This document shows positions 49,834-58,786 of a stretch of DNA of 64,000 bases, piece by piece. The stretch comes from Longimicrobiales bacterium (GTDB taxonomy: Bacteria > Gemmatimonadota > Gemmatimonadetes > Longimicrobiales > Gaopeijiaceae). How positions within the stretch are numbered: the first letter of the stretch is position 1; every line of letters begins with the position of its first letter. The stretch is taken from assembly GCA_965204735.1 (NCBI GenBank), contig OZ242008.1:1184001-1248000 (forward strand), written 5' to 3'. The notes under the pieces were generated by a model. It was given only the letters and a program-made list of their open reading frames with translations, ran no database searches and had not been told where the DNA came from. The translations under genes and the position numbers were made by a program.

Positions 49834-49908
49834 TTGTTCGCCGAATCTTCCTCTGATCGTTCGCCGAATCTTCCTCTGATCGTTCGCCGAATCTTCCCCT
49901 GATTCGGC
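49815..49908. repeat. four 23-nt tandem repeats of the vapC 3' end, last copy closing a hairpin
   Basis: TCGCCGAATCTTCC(C/T)CTGAT core at 49815, 49838, 49861, 49884; GCCGAATC-N7-GATTCGGC. Confidence 0.9.
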
Positions 49909-49943
49909 TGGGCCAGCCGGCGATGCGATCCGCCGCAGGGGTG

Positions 49944-50267
49944 CTACCGCGAACGCTGCTCGGCAGCCCCGTTTCCTGCGGTCTCCAGCAGCTCGTCGCC
50001 GGTGTCGCTGTCCACCACCGCGTCCCCGACCCGAGTCAACTCCTTCGCGCCCATCCCCTCCACCAGCCCCTTCAGCTGCTTCGCCGTCTCCGCGCCGAAC
50101 CGCCGGGACGCCAGCCGCAGCACCATCGACCGGCCCTGCTCGGTCCGGCCCTCTGTCCGGCCCTCAGCCCGGCCCTCAACCCGGCCCTCAGCCCGGCCTT
50201 CCGCCCGGCCCCGCTCCCGGCCCCTCTCCTCGTGGCCTCTCGCCCAGTCGTCGTAGGTCTCGCTCAT
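49944..50267 (-). CDS. putative intragenic in-frame small protein (RpnS-like antitoxin, 107 aa)
   Basis: AAGGAG (50282-50277), 9-nt spacer, ATG at 50267 just before the EGR repeats. Confidence 0.6.
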   Translation of the reverse strand: MSETYDDWARGHEERGRERGRAEGRAEGRVEGRAEGRTEGRTEQGRSMVLRLASRRFGAETAKQLKGLVEGMGAKELTRVGDAVVDSDTGDELLETAGNGAAEQRSR

Positions 50268-51050
50268 GTCGTCTTGCTCCTTCGGTTGGATGATCCACTG
50301 CACGGCTTGCCGCCGACGCTCCTCCGGCCCCCTCGCAACCCGCAGCCGCTCGTCGACCCAGACCGACAGCGCCCTGCGCACGTCCGAATGCGCCGGTCCG
50401 CCCCAGCGCTTCGCCAAGCTTCGGCGAACGCTCGGCAGGCTCGTCCACGGCGCCTTCTCCATCGCCGCAAGCCAGGCGAGGAGGCTGTCCTCGGGAAGCA
50501 AGTCTTGCGCGAAGGCCGCCTGCAAGTCAAGCACCCGGTGGCCGTGGGAGTGCTGCCACTCGCCCCCCAGGCCACGCGCCACCTCCGGCAACGAGGGCGT
50601 CCGCCTGCGGGCGAGTTGGGCCAACGTCGGAACCGCGCTCCACGGTTGCCCGCCGGAGTAGACGACGACGGACACGATGTGGGGCATGGCGCCGCCGGGG
50701 TCGAGCATGCCTGGATTGCGGTGAAACACCAAGTGCGCCCCGTGGCTGTAGTCCATGGTGCGGAAGACCATTTCGTGGTCCACCGAGGACTGGAACTCGA
50801 CGAGGAAGACGACCGAAGCCCGGCGGTCCTTGAACCAGACGCGCCAGGCGCAGTCGCCGAGCCGGCGCTTCAAGTCGGCGCTGACGCTCTCGGTGGGGAA
50901 CGCCTCGACGGCGCGGAGGTCGAGCCCGTGGACCCAGCCCTTGGCGGCGAAGTCGCGGACCAGGTCGGTGGCGGCGGGGGGGTGCGAGAACAGGAGCTTG
51001 CTGGTCTGGTCGTGCCTGCGCGAATCGGGTTCTTGGGCGGGGCGGTCCAT
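49944..51050 (-). CDS. Rpn/YhgA-like PD-(D/E)xK nuclease (Transposase_31 family) with DUF4351-like tail
   Basis: HDQTSKLLFSHP, GD...FLVEFQS, VVYSGGQPW, EGRxEG repeats, RRFG tail. Confidence 0.85.
   Translation of the reverse strand: MDRPAQEPDSRRHDQTSKLLFSHPPAATDLVRDFAAKGWVHGLDLRAVEAFPTESVSADLKRRLGDCAWRVWFKDRRASVVFLVEFQSSVDHEMVFRTMDYSHGAHLVFHRNPGMLDPGGAMPHIVSVVVYSGGQPWSAVPTLAQLARRRTPSLPEVARGLGGEWQHSHGHRVLDLQAAFAQDLLPEDSLLAWLAAMEKAPWTSLPSVRRSLAKRWGGPAHSDVRRALSVWVDERLRVARGPEERRRQAVQWIIQPKEQDDMSETYDDWARGHEERGRERGRAEGRAEGRVEGRAEGRTEGRTEQGRSMVLRLASRRFGAETAKQLKGLVEGMGAKELTRVGDAVVDSDTGDELLETAGNGAAEQRSR
50130..50230 (-). repeat. 12-nt coding repeats (EGRA/EGRT) in Rpn C-terminus
   Basis: ERGRERGRAEGRAEGRVEGRAEGRTEGRTE. 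Confidence 0.85.
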
Positions 51051-51363
51051 GCGATGGCGGCCTTCCATGCGGGCGTGCGAGGGGTGGTGCTTCGCGGCGG
51101 ACGCCGACCGCGTCCGCCGGAGCAGGCCACCAAGATGCGACTGCCGCATCAAGGTTCCTTCATCGCGCGGGGCGCTCGCATGTCCGAATGGGACGGACCC
51201 CCTGGACTGGACATCGATTGTCGCTCCGACTTCGCCGACGCGATTGCTTGGAGGGCTTGACCGGCGCGTTACGCATGTAGCCACGCCGACTCCCAGGCCC
51301 GGGATCGGCCAGGCACTCGCAGATACGACTGACCGGCCGGCCTGGAGATAGGCGAGCAACCCG

Positions 51364-51708
51364 ATGGACTTCCTCGCCAGCGACGCATTCATAACCGTCG
51401 TTTCCGTCGTCGGCTCCGTCGCGGGGCTTCTGCTGGCGTTGCGGGCCGACATTGGAAGGCGCATCGACCGGCTCGAGGAGCGCGCCAAGGAGAGGGACCA
51501 AGCCCTCGGAAAGCGCATCGACCGGCTCGAGGATCGGACTCGCGTCGATCACCAGGAGCTCGTCGCCGAGATCGGCCAGCTGAAGACGGCCGTGAGCGTC
51601 ATCGACGCCAAGCTTGACGAGAGATCGTCGCCGCAGCACCTCGTGGTAAAGGAACCTCCGGGGGACTACGCGGCGGGCAACGAACCGGAGGGCGACCCGG
51701 AGCCGTGA
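51364..51708 (+). CDS. N-terminally anchored coiled-coil protein
   Basis: One TM helix, duplicated RIDRLE heptads; GGAG upstream. Confidence 0.65.
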   Translation: MDFLASDAFITVVSVVGSVAGLLLALRADIGRRIDRLEERAKERDQALGKRIDRLEDRTRVDHQELVAEIGQLKTAVSVIDAKLDERSSPQHLVVKEPPGDYAAGNEPEGDPEP

Positions 51709-51800
51709 CGTGGCGTTGGCGGGCCTTGGCCGGCCGCAACAGCGCGGGCATGGAGGTCAGCCCGGACTACCTCGACATGGCCCGACGCCGCTTCCTGGCC
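51709..51800 (+). pseudogene. C-terminal remnant of a site-specific DNA methyltransferase
   Basis: ALAGRNSAGMEVSPDYLDMARRRF resembles the GRxxxGxEIxxxYxxxAxxR end of N4/N6 MTases; DPFxGSGT and catalytic motifs absent. Confidence 0.5.
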
Positions 51801-52966
51801 CGAGACCCGGCGAAGGCTTCCAGCAGTCCGCGCCCCGGAGCCAAGCTCAGCAGGAACTCCTCCACGGGCACGCACCAGATGCCGTTGATTCGGAGGCGTT
51901 CGCGGCCGCGATGGAGGAGCGCGGCGTTCGCCTCGGGGTAGTCGTCCGTGAACGCCCGCAGGGGCCGCAGGTGCCGGGGGTCGACCTTGGCCCGGTTCTT
52001 GACCTCGATGGCATGGACGCCGTCGTCGTTGTAGACCACGAAGTCGACTTCGGCGCCCGCCTGGGTTCGCCAGTAGTGCAGGCTCGCGCCACGGTCCGAG
52101 TACGCGGCCCAAGCCCGCAGGTGCTGGGCCACCAATCCCTCGAGCGCTTGGCCGTCGATCTCCCCGGGGCGGTCCAATGGTCCCCTGGGACGCAACGACC
52201 GAAAGACTCCGGCGTCGAACAAGTAGAGCTTTCGGCGGGCAACCGTGGCGCGCTTGGCGCGCTTTCGGAAGACCGGCAACCGAAACGCCAGCAGCAGGTC
52301 CTCCAGTATCTCGATCCAGCGGGCGGCCGCCTTGCGCTCGACTTCGCACTCTCGGGCCATCGCCGACACGTTCAGCACGGCCCCGTGCGAGAAGCTCGCC
52401 GCTTCCAGGAATCGCGCGAAAGCGCCCACGTTGCGGGTCATGCCCTCGGCGCGGACTTCCTGTTCCAGGTACAAGCTTGCGTAGGCGTCCAACGTTGCCG
52501 CCGGGTCGGGGGCCGCCACCGCCAGCGGCAACAGCCCGATCCGCAACGCGGCCTCCAGCGAGAAGCTGGGAAGCTCGGCGGCCATGAACGGGTGCAGTGT
52601 GCGCAGGAGGGCCCGCCCACCCAGCAAGTCCGGCCCTCCCCGCCGCAACTTGCGCGCACTGGAGCCCGTGAGCACGAACCGGGGCGGGGAAGGTTCCTCC
52701 AGCAAGGCGTGGACCACGGTCAGGAGTTCCGGTATCCTCTGGACCTCGTCGACCACGACGGTGGCCGCGGCCGGAGACCCGGCCACCAGATCGCGAAGGC
52801 CCTCGGGACGAGCGGCCAACCTGCGGTGCAGGGCCGGATCCAAGAGGTCGAGATGGAGGGCGCGCGGGAGTTCGTGCCTCAACCAAGTGGACTTGCCGGT
52901 GCCGCGCGGTCCGAAGAGGAAGCAACTCTGCGTCGGAATACGGAAGAATCGTCTCGTGATGTCCAT
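51767..52966 (-). CDS. AAA_14 ATPase with DUF4143 and C-terminal PD-(D/E)xK-like domain
   Basis: GPRGTGKST, VDEVQR, TGSSARKL, KLYLFDAG, EVDFV...AIEVK. Confidence 0.9.
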   Translation of the reverse strand: MDITRRFFRIPTQSCFLFGPRGTGKSTWLRHELPRALHLDLLDPALHRRLAARPEGLRDLVAGSPAAATVVVDEVQRIPELLTVVHALLEEPSPPRFVLTGSSARKLRRGGPDLLGGRALLRTLHPFMAAELPSFSLEAALRIGLLPLAVAAPDPAATLDAYASLYLEQEVRAEGMTRNVGAFARFLEAASFSHGAVLNVSAMARECEVERKAAARWIEILEDLLLAFRLPVFRKRAKRATVARRKLYLFDAGVFRSLRPRGPLDRPGEIDGQALEGLVAQHLRAWAAYSDRGASLHYWRTQAGAEVDFVVYNDDGVHAIEVKNRAKVDPRHLRPLRAFTDDYPEANAALLHRGRERLRINGIWCVPVEEFLLSLAPGRGLLEAFAGSRARKRRRAMSR

Positions 52967-52987
52967 TTTCGGTCGAAAAATGGACAT
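52959..52987. promoter_or_regulatory. perfect 11-bp inverted repeat overlapping the start codon
   Basis: ATGTCCATTTT-N7-AAAATGGACAT. Confidence 0.7.
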
Positions 52988-53071
52988 TCCGAGGGCAGGC
53001 GTCAACGGTGCGGCGAGGATGTGACGCTCCTTGGTTGTCGCTACCGTCTCAACATGGTTGTCGCTCGGCGC

Positions 53072-53899
<828 letters not shown>

Positions 53900-53971
53900 G
53901 GTGGAAGAGGATGGGCCGGCGACTGCCCAGTGGTCAAGCCGTCACAGGGCCGGGCGCGCTGGAGTTGCAGG

Positions 53972-54976
53972 TTACAGCAGCGACAGCAGCAAGTTGACGG
54001 TCAGCGAGCCGCCCACGTCGCGCACGAACTGGCCCCGTCCCGCGTTGGCGACCTGTTGCAGGAAGGACTCGGCCACGACGTCGGAAACCCCGGTCGTGTT
54101 GATGTAGACGGTAGACACACGGTGCCCGCTCCCCCGAGCGATCTGGGCAGCAGTGAGGATCGAAGAGCTTACCTCCTCGGGGTAGGCCGTGTTGTCGGTG
54201 ACGAGGACGATCACCCGCTGCTGTGCATGAGGGCGCCATTGCATGCGGGCGGCTTCGGCGAGGGCCATCAGAACGGCTTCCGGTCCATCGGAGTTCCTGC
54301 CCCGTCCCACTCCCATGCCAACCGCCAAGTTGTTCACGAAGCCGCGGAACGCGGAACGATTCAGCGTGGGGCCCGAGACCTCCCGCAAAGGGAAGACCGT
54401 CAGAGGCCGTTCCCAGTATCGGTCGCCGAACGCCACGAGCCCGAGGCCCAAGCTGGGCGAGAGGCGGTTCAGGAGGTCGCTCAGCTGGCCCACCTCCGTC
54501 TTCAGGGACGCCACCTGCCGGCCCATGCTGCTGGTCACGTCCAGGGCGATCACCAGGTCCAAGTGCGGGAACTGCGTGACCCTCTCGGCGGGGCGCGTTG
54601 CAGTCGGCCGCATTGGGACCACCGGGGGCGGCGCCGCGGTTGCGATTGACGGGCACTCGGGCTCGGGCGCAACCGACGGGCAGACCGGACACACGGGCGG
54701 ATCGTCCGCGTCTTCGGGCGCAGGGACGGCCGGGCATACGGGTGCCGGCACCGGCAGGCACACGGGGCAGGCGGCTGGTTCCGGCGGAGGCTCCATGGGC
54801 TCCGCGGGCGGGACGACGGCAACGACGGGCGGGGCAGGCGCGACCGGGGCGGGTTCGGCGTTGCGAACGTAGGGGAAGATCACGATCGCGATGAGGATGA
54901 ACGCGCCCATCGCCGATGCGAAGAGGTCGAGGGACGCCATCCCGAAGATGTCGATCTGCCGGTTGTGTCGTCTCAT
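53972..54976 (-). CDS. ExbD/MotB-like TM(Asp) protein with Pro/Cys linker and VWA domain
   Basis: FGMASLDLFASAMGAFILIAIV single TM with Asp; DVTSS MIDAS-like motif, DGPEA, VLVTD. Confidence 0.8.
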   Translation of the reverse strand: MRRHNRQIDIFGMASLDLFASAMGAFILIAIVIFPYVRNAEPAPVAPAPPVVAVVPPAEPMEPPPEPAACPVCLPVPAPVCPAVPAPEDADDPPVCPVCPSVAPEPECPSIATAAPPPVVPMRPTATRPAERVTQFPHLDLVIALDVTSSMGRQVASLKTEVGQLSDLLNRLSPSLGLGLVAFGDRYWERPLTVFPLREVSGPTLNRSAFRGFVNNLAVGMGVGRGRNSDGPEAVLMALAEAARMQWRPHAQQRVIVLVTDNTAYPEEVSSSILTAAQIARGSGHRVSTVYINTTGVSDVVAESFLQQVANAGRGQFVRDVGGSLTVNLLLSLL

Positions 54977-54994
54977 GGCCGAAAACGGTTGTCT

Positions 54995-56395
54995 CTACCG
55001 CCGACGGGTGTAGATCAGCAGCACACCGTTCTCGCCCCGGGTCCCGTACCGGATCCTGGCTTCGAGCCCCGGGATGAACTCCACGCTGGCCACGTCCCGG
55101 GCCGACATCGACTCCAGAAGCCCTTCTGGATCGCCGATCGACATGTCGTCCAGGAACACGGACACGGGCTCGCAAGGCGGTCCGAAAGCACCGGGGAACC
55201 GCCTTATCCTTCGGCGGGACTCGACGCACAACCCTACCCGGAAGCCCGACCTGTCACGCAACTCCCTAATCGTCAAGCTGGGAATGTTGGCCTGCCGGAG
55301 CACTGTGGCCATGGTCGTCACTCGATCCCGGATGGCGTCCATCTCGGTCTCCGTGAGGCCCAGGAAACGAGTGGTCATGTTTCGTCGCGGGTCGCGAGTT
55401 CGCGACGGCGTCGAAACCACAACTGGATCCAGGGGTATCGCTTCCACCGCGAGAGGGAGCCTTAGGCCAAAGGCGTTGCTCAGCAGGGACAGGGAGTCGG
55501 CCCGGAAGACGTATCCCATTTGCTTGGTTTCAATGACGTGGTCGCCTGGCGCCACCCCGACGAAGGCGAACTTGCCCTCCTCGTTGGTATGGGTCGCCTG
55601 CCCCGTGCCCGCAAGAGAGACGGCGGCGCCGACAATCGGTTGCTGCGTCGAATGGTCCAGCACCGTGCCCATGATCGCCACGGGGTCCGAAACCTCGACC
55701 GAGAGGTTCTGCATTCGGGGGCCCGGCCCGTCGATCCTTGCCGGTTCGCCGTCGTTCGACCCGAAGGTGGCCCGCACCAAGACGTCGCGCCCCGTCTCCA
55801 CGTTGCACAGACGGAACTCGCCGCCGATCCCGGACACCGTGGAGACCCTTCCCTGTCCGCCGGCGCTCTCGACGGGACCGACAAGAGCCTCTACCCGGGC
55901 GCCAGGCAACGGCCTCCCGGTGCGGGCGTTGGAGACCACACCGGCCACGTGAGCATCTCCGGCGCCCGGCTGCTCCCTGCACCACGCATCGAGCATCGAC
56001 TCCAGAGAAGGCACGGCCAGGGCCACTTCGGAAGTCGAGCCTGGACGGACGACCACCGGCTTGCCCGCCACCGAAATGCCGTAGTCGTCGAGGCGGGGGT
56101 GGTAGAACGAGACTTCGTACTCGCCGGGGGGCACGTCTTCGATGCGGAAGCGCCCGAATTCGTCGGTCTCTCCGGTGGCGTAGACGCCGATGATGCTCAC
56201 CTGCGCCTCCGCCAGCGGCGCGGCGACGGCGCTGTCGTACACCGTTCCGACTACAGCACCGGCCTGCCCCCCGGCCCGACCGGCCCAGGCGCCGACAAGG
56301 GCAACTCCAGATACGACGGCAACTCGCAACGCGAGCTCGCCCCTCTGCAACCGCCGGCCGTTGCCCGGCAACGCCCCCGCTGGCGTCGACCTCAC
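54995..56395 (-). CDS. secreted carboxypeptidase-regulatory-like domains plus TonB-receptor plug domain, no barrel
   Basis: Signal peptide; three GxVxD/N...PL/IxGAxV beta-sandwich repeats; DVASVEFI...RYGTRGENGVLLIYT. Confidence 0.75.
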   Translation of the reverse strand: MRSTPAGALPGNGRRLQRGELALRVAVVSGVALVGAWAGRAGGQAGAVVGTVYDSAVAAPLAEAQVSIIGVYATGETDEFGRFRIEDVPPGEYEVSFYHPRLDDYGISVAGKPVVVRPGSTSEVALAVPSLESMLDAWCREQPGAGDAHVAGVVSNARTGRPLPGARVEALVGPVESAGGQGRVSTVSGIGGEFRLCNVETGRDVLVRATFGSNDGEPARIDGPGPRMQNLSVEVSDPVAIMGTVLDHSTQQPIVGAAVSLAGTGQATHTNEEGKFAFVGVAPGDHVIETKQMGYVFRADSLSLLSNAFGLRLPLAVEAIPLDPVVVSTPSRTRDPRRNMTTRFLGLTETEMDAIRDRVTTMATVLRQANIPSLTIRELRDRSGFRVGLCVESRRRIRRFPGAFGPPCEPVSVFLDDMSIGDPEGLLESMSARDVASVEFIPGLEARIRYGTRGENGVLLIYTRRR

Positions 56396-57330
56396 TGGCT
56401 GCCGGCCCGGGGCGACGGGGGCCGGCCCTCGGGCGCCTTGCCGCCGGGTTCCGGGTGCTCGGACAACCGGCCCACGAAGTGTCGAAGACAGTACTGGCCG
56501 ATTTGGTTGAGAGCGCCTTCCTCCTTCTCCTGGGTCAGGTGCAGGGCCAACATCAGCACCGCGGCTTGCAGCAGCGCCAGCAACGTCGTGTAGAACGCGA
56601 CACCGAGATCGCCGGTCAGGGTCTGCATCATGTCGGGACCCATCGCCGTCGAAGCCAAGCTGGCACTGGCAAACAGCGTGCCTGCCGTCCGCAAGGCGAA
56701 TGCGATTCCCATGACCGTTCCTACGAAGCCGAGCGTGGGGATCAGCCAGACCAAGTAGCGCACGACGTTGTACCGCAACTCGATTTCGTGCTGGTACAGG
56801 TCCATGGACAGGTTGATCGTCGAGTTCACCTGGTCGATCGATCCGTTGGCCCGAAACTGCAGCAGTGCGCCGGACAACAAGCCCTGCAACATGTACCGTC
56901 GTCCTGGGTCGGAGTCGCCGACGCGTCGTTGCATGGCTTCCAGGTCCTCCGGCCGGAGGGCTGCATCGTCGTCTTCGGAAAGCAGCTTCAAGTCCATCTG
57001 AGCGCGTTCGCGACGGCCCGCCAAGTTGCGGACGAGCAGTTCGCCGCCGGCCGTGCAGAACACAAGCCACATGACGTTCTGGATCGTGAACGGATAGGGG
57101 AATATCCGGGTGTTCCGGTCCAGCAGCAGGTCGGCGGCGACGCTGTCGTGCCCTGCCGGAATGAGATACGAGAGGATGCCGACCAAGACGATGCCGGCGA
57201 GCGCCGAGCCGAACAGGACGACGACGCGGAAGGGGATGTGGTCCTCGCCGCCGGAGCCGGCGAGGGGGAGTGCCACGGGCCACCGGGACGCCGGCGGCTT
57301 CGGCGACCGGCTGGTCAAGGAGCCTGGCAC
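56392..57330 (-). CDS. MotA/TolQ/ExbB proton channel family protein
   Basis: IPTLGFVGTVMGI and LGVAFYTTLLAL signature helices; two additional N-terminal TMs. Confidence 0.88.
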   Translation of the reverse strand: MPGSLTSRSPKPPASRWPVALPLAGSGGEDHIPFRVVVLFGSALAGIVLVGILSYLIPAGHDSVAADLLLDRNTRIFPYPFTIQNVMWLVFCTAGGELLVRNLAGRRERAQMDLKLLSEDDDAALRPEDLEAMQRRVGDSDPGRRYMLQGLLSGALLQFRANGSIDQVNSTINLSMDLYQHEIELRYNVVRYLVWLIPTLGFVGTVMGIAFALRTAGTLFASASLASTAMGPDMMQTLTGDLGVAFYTTLLALLQAAVLMLALHLTQEKEEGALNQIGQYCLRHFVGRLSEHPEPGGKAPEGRPPSPRAGSQ

Positions 57331-58784
57331 CTGGGCAGCCGCACTCCGTTTCTCTGGGGGTTGATCTCCGACTCGAAGCGTCGCAGGCCGCGGGGGATGC
57401 AGCCTGTGAGGAGGTTGTTGTGCAGTGTGAGTCGTCGCAGGCTCCCGAGGTTCTCGAACGTCTCCGGGATTTCGCCGGACAGCTGGTTTCCGTTCAAGGT
57501 CAGCAGCTCGAGATCGGACAGGTTCCCCAGGTCGGGCGGCAGCTCGCCAGTCAGCTGGTTGTTGTGAAGGCGCAGGCGCCTGAGCTTGGTCAGCCGCCCC
57601 AGCTCCGACGGAATCGCTCCCGACAATCGGTTGTTGTCGGCGTACAGGTCCTCCAGCTCGCGCAACGAACCGAACTCCTCCGGGATCGGGCCGGAGAGCT
57701 GATTGCCTTCGAGGTACAAGACAGTCAGCTTGCTCAGGGATCCGATCTCCGGCGGTATGGGACCCGACAGACGGTTGCCGAAGAAGCTCAGGTACGTCAG
57801 GTCGTCAAGGTTGGCCAGTCGTCGCGGCAGCGAACCGCCCAAGTTCTGCCGGCCCAGGTCCAGGCCGTCAACCTGCCCCTGGCGGCCGATCGCGACTCCG
57901 GTCCACGTCACCAAGTTGGCGTTGCGACGCCAGTTGAGCTGCCCCGTAGCGCCCACCAGAGCGCTGGCGGTCGCAAGCAGCACGTCGGGGTCGCTCTCCG
58001 CCGCTTCCGCCGCCGCTTGCGCTTCGGCTAGGCGTTGCGCTTCGGCCAGCCGCTGGGCCTCCGCCAGCATCTCGGCTTCCCGGCGCTCGGCTTCGGCGCG
58101 ACGCTCTTCTTCTGCCCGACGCCGGGCCTCGGTCAGTCGCGCGGCTTCTTCTCGTTCCGCCTGGGCGCGACGCTCCTCTTCGAGTCGCCGGGCTTCCTCT
58201 CGGGCCAGCCGCTCCTCTTCGAGCCGCTCGGCTTCCGCACGCTGCTCCGCCTCGAGCCGTTCCTGCTCGGCCAGCCGCTGGGCCTCCGCCAACCGTTGCG
58301 CTTCGGCCAGCCGCCGGGCCGCCAGCCGTTCCGCCTGCGCTGCGCGACGCTCCGCTTCTTCCAGGCGCTGGAATTCGGCTTGACGTTCGGCCTCGGCCAG
58401 CCGTTCCGCCTCGCTTTGCTCCGCTTGGGCGCGACGCTCCGCCTCGCGACCGGCCGCGAGGAGCGCCGACAAGCTTGCGCCGTCCAGGTACCCGGTCTCC
58501 TCGGCGCCCCGTTCGGCCTGCCACGCTCGCAACGCCGCACGCGCACCCGGCTCCATTTCGCCGTCCGGCTCGCGGCCGTAGTACCCTTCTTCGGCCAGCG
58601 CCCTTTCGACCAGCGCGATGGACTCGGCGTCCAGTTCCAGTTCCGCTTCCGCCGCAACGGCGCGCTCTTCGGGCGTGAGCGACCGGCTCCGCGAGACCCA
58701 CACCACGACCACGGCGCTGGTTGCGAGAACCAGAATCGCAAGACTGTAGAAGAGGTGCCGCCTGCTGATCCGGCGCAGGTCCAC
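57315..58784 (-). CDS. TM anchor + peptidoglycan-binding domain + TolA-like helix + plant-type LRR domain
   Basis: N-terminal TM; LAEEGYYGREPDG...AALRAWQ...TGYLD; about 150 aa E/A/R/Q helix; seven 24-aa LxxxxNxLSGxIP repeats; start GTG 58784 inferred. Confidence 0.82.
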   Translation of the reverse strand: MDLRRISRRHLFYSLAILVLATSAVVVVWVSRSRSLTPEERAVAAEAELELDAESIALVERALAEEGYYGREPDGEMEPGARAALRAWQAERGAEETGYLDGASLSALLAAGREAERRAQAEQSEAERLAEAERQAEFQRLEEAERRAAQAERLAARRLAEAQRLAEAQRLAEQERLEAEQRAEAERLEEERLAREEARRLEEERRAQAEREEAARLTEARRRAEEERRAEAERREAEMLAEAQRLAEAQRLAEAQAAAEAAESDPDVLLATASALVGATGQLNWRRNANLVTWTGVAIGRQGQVDGLDLGRQNLGGSLPRRLANLDDLTYLSFFGNRLSGPIPPEIGSLSKLTVLYLEGNQLSGPIPEEFGSLRELEDLYADNNRLSGAIPSELGRLTKLRRLRLHNNQLTGELPPDLGNLSDLELLTLNGNQLSGEIPETFENLGSLRRLTLHNNLLTGCIPRGLRRFESEINPQRNGVRLPRCQAP

Positions 58785-58786
58785 TC

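Noticed and set aside
49815..49908. 23-nt repeats as a CRISPR array
   Set aside because: Units are head-to-tail with no unique spacers and no cas genes in the window.
49944..51050. Rpn gene as an IS transposase
   Set aside because: No terminal inverted repeats or target duplication seen; the family is a PD-(D/E)xK nuclease despite the Transposase_31 name.
51100..51150. Hairpins upstream of rpn as a structured ncRNA
   Set aside because: GC-rich stems occur readily by chance here; no recognisable family or second copy in the window.
53972..57330. Zorya (ZorAB) or flagellar stator assignment
   Set aside because: The channel protein lacks the long ZorA cytoplasmic tail, the partner has VWA rather than an OmpA-like domain, and no zorC/D/E or flagellar genes are adjacent.
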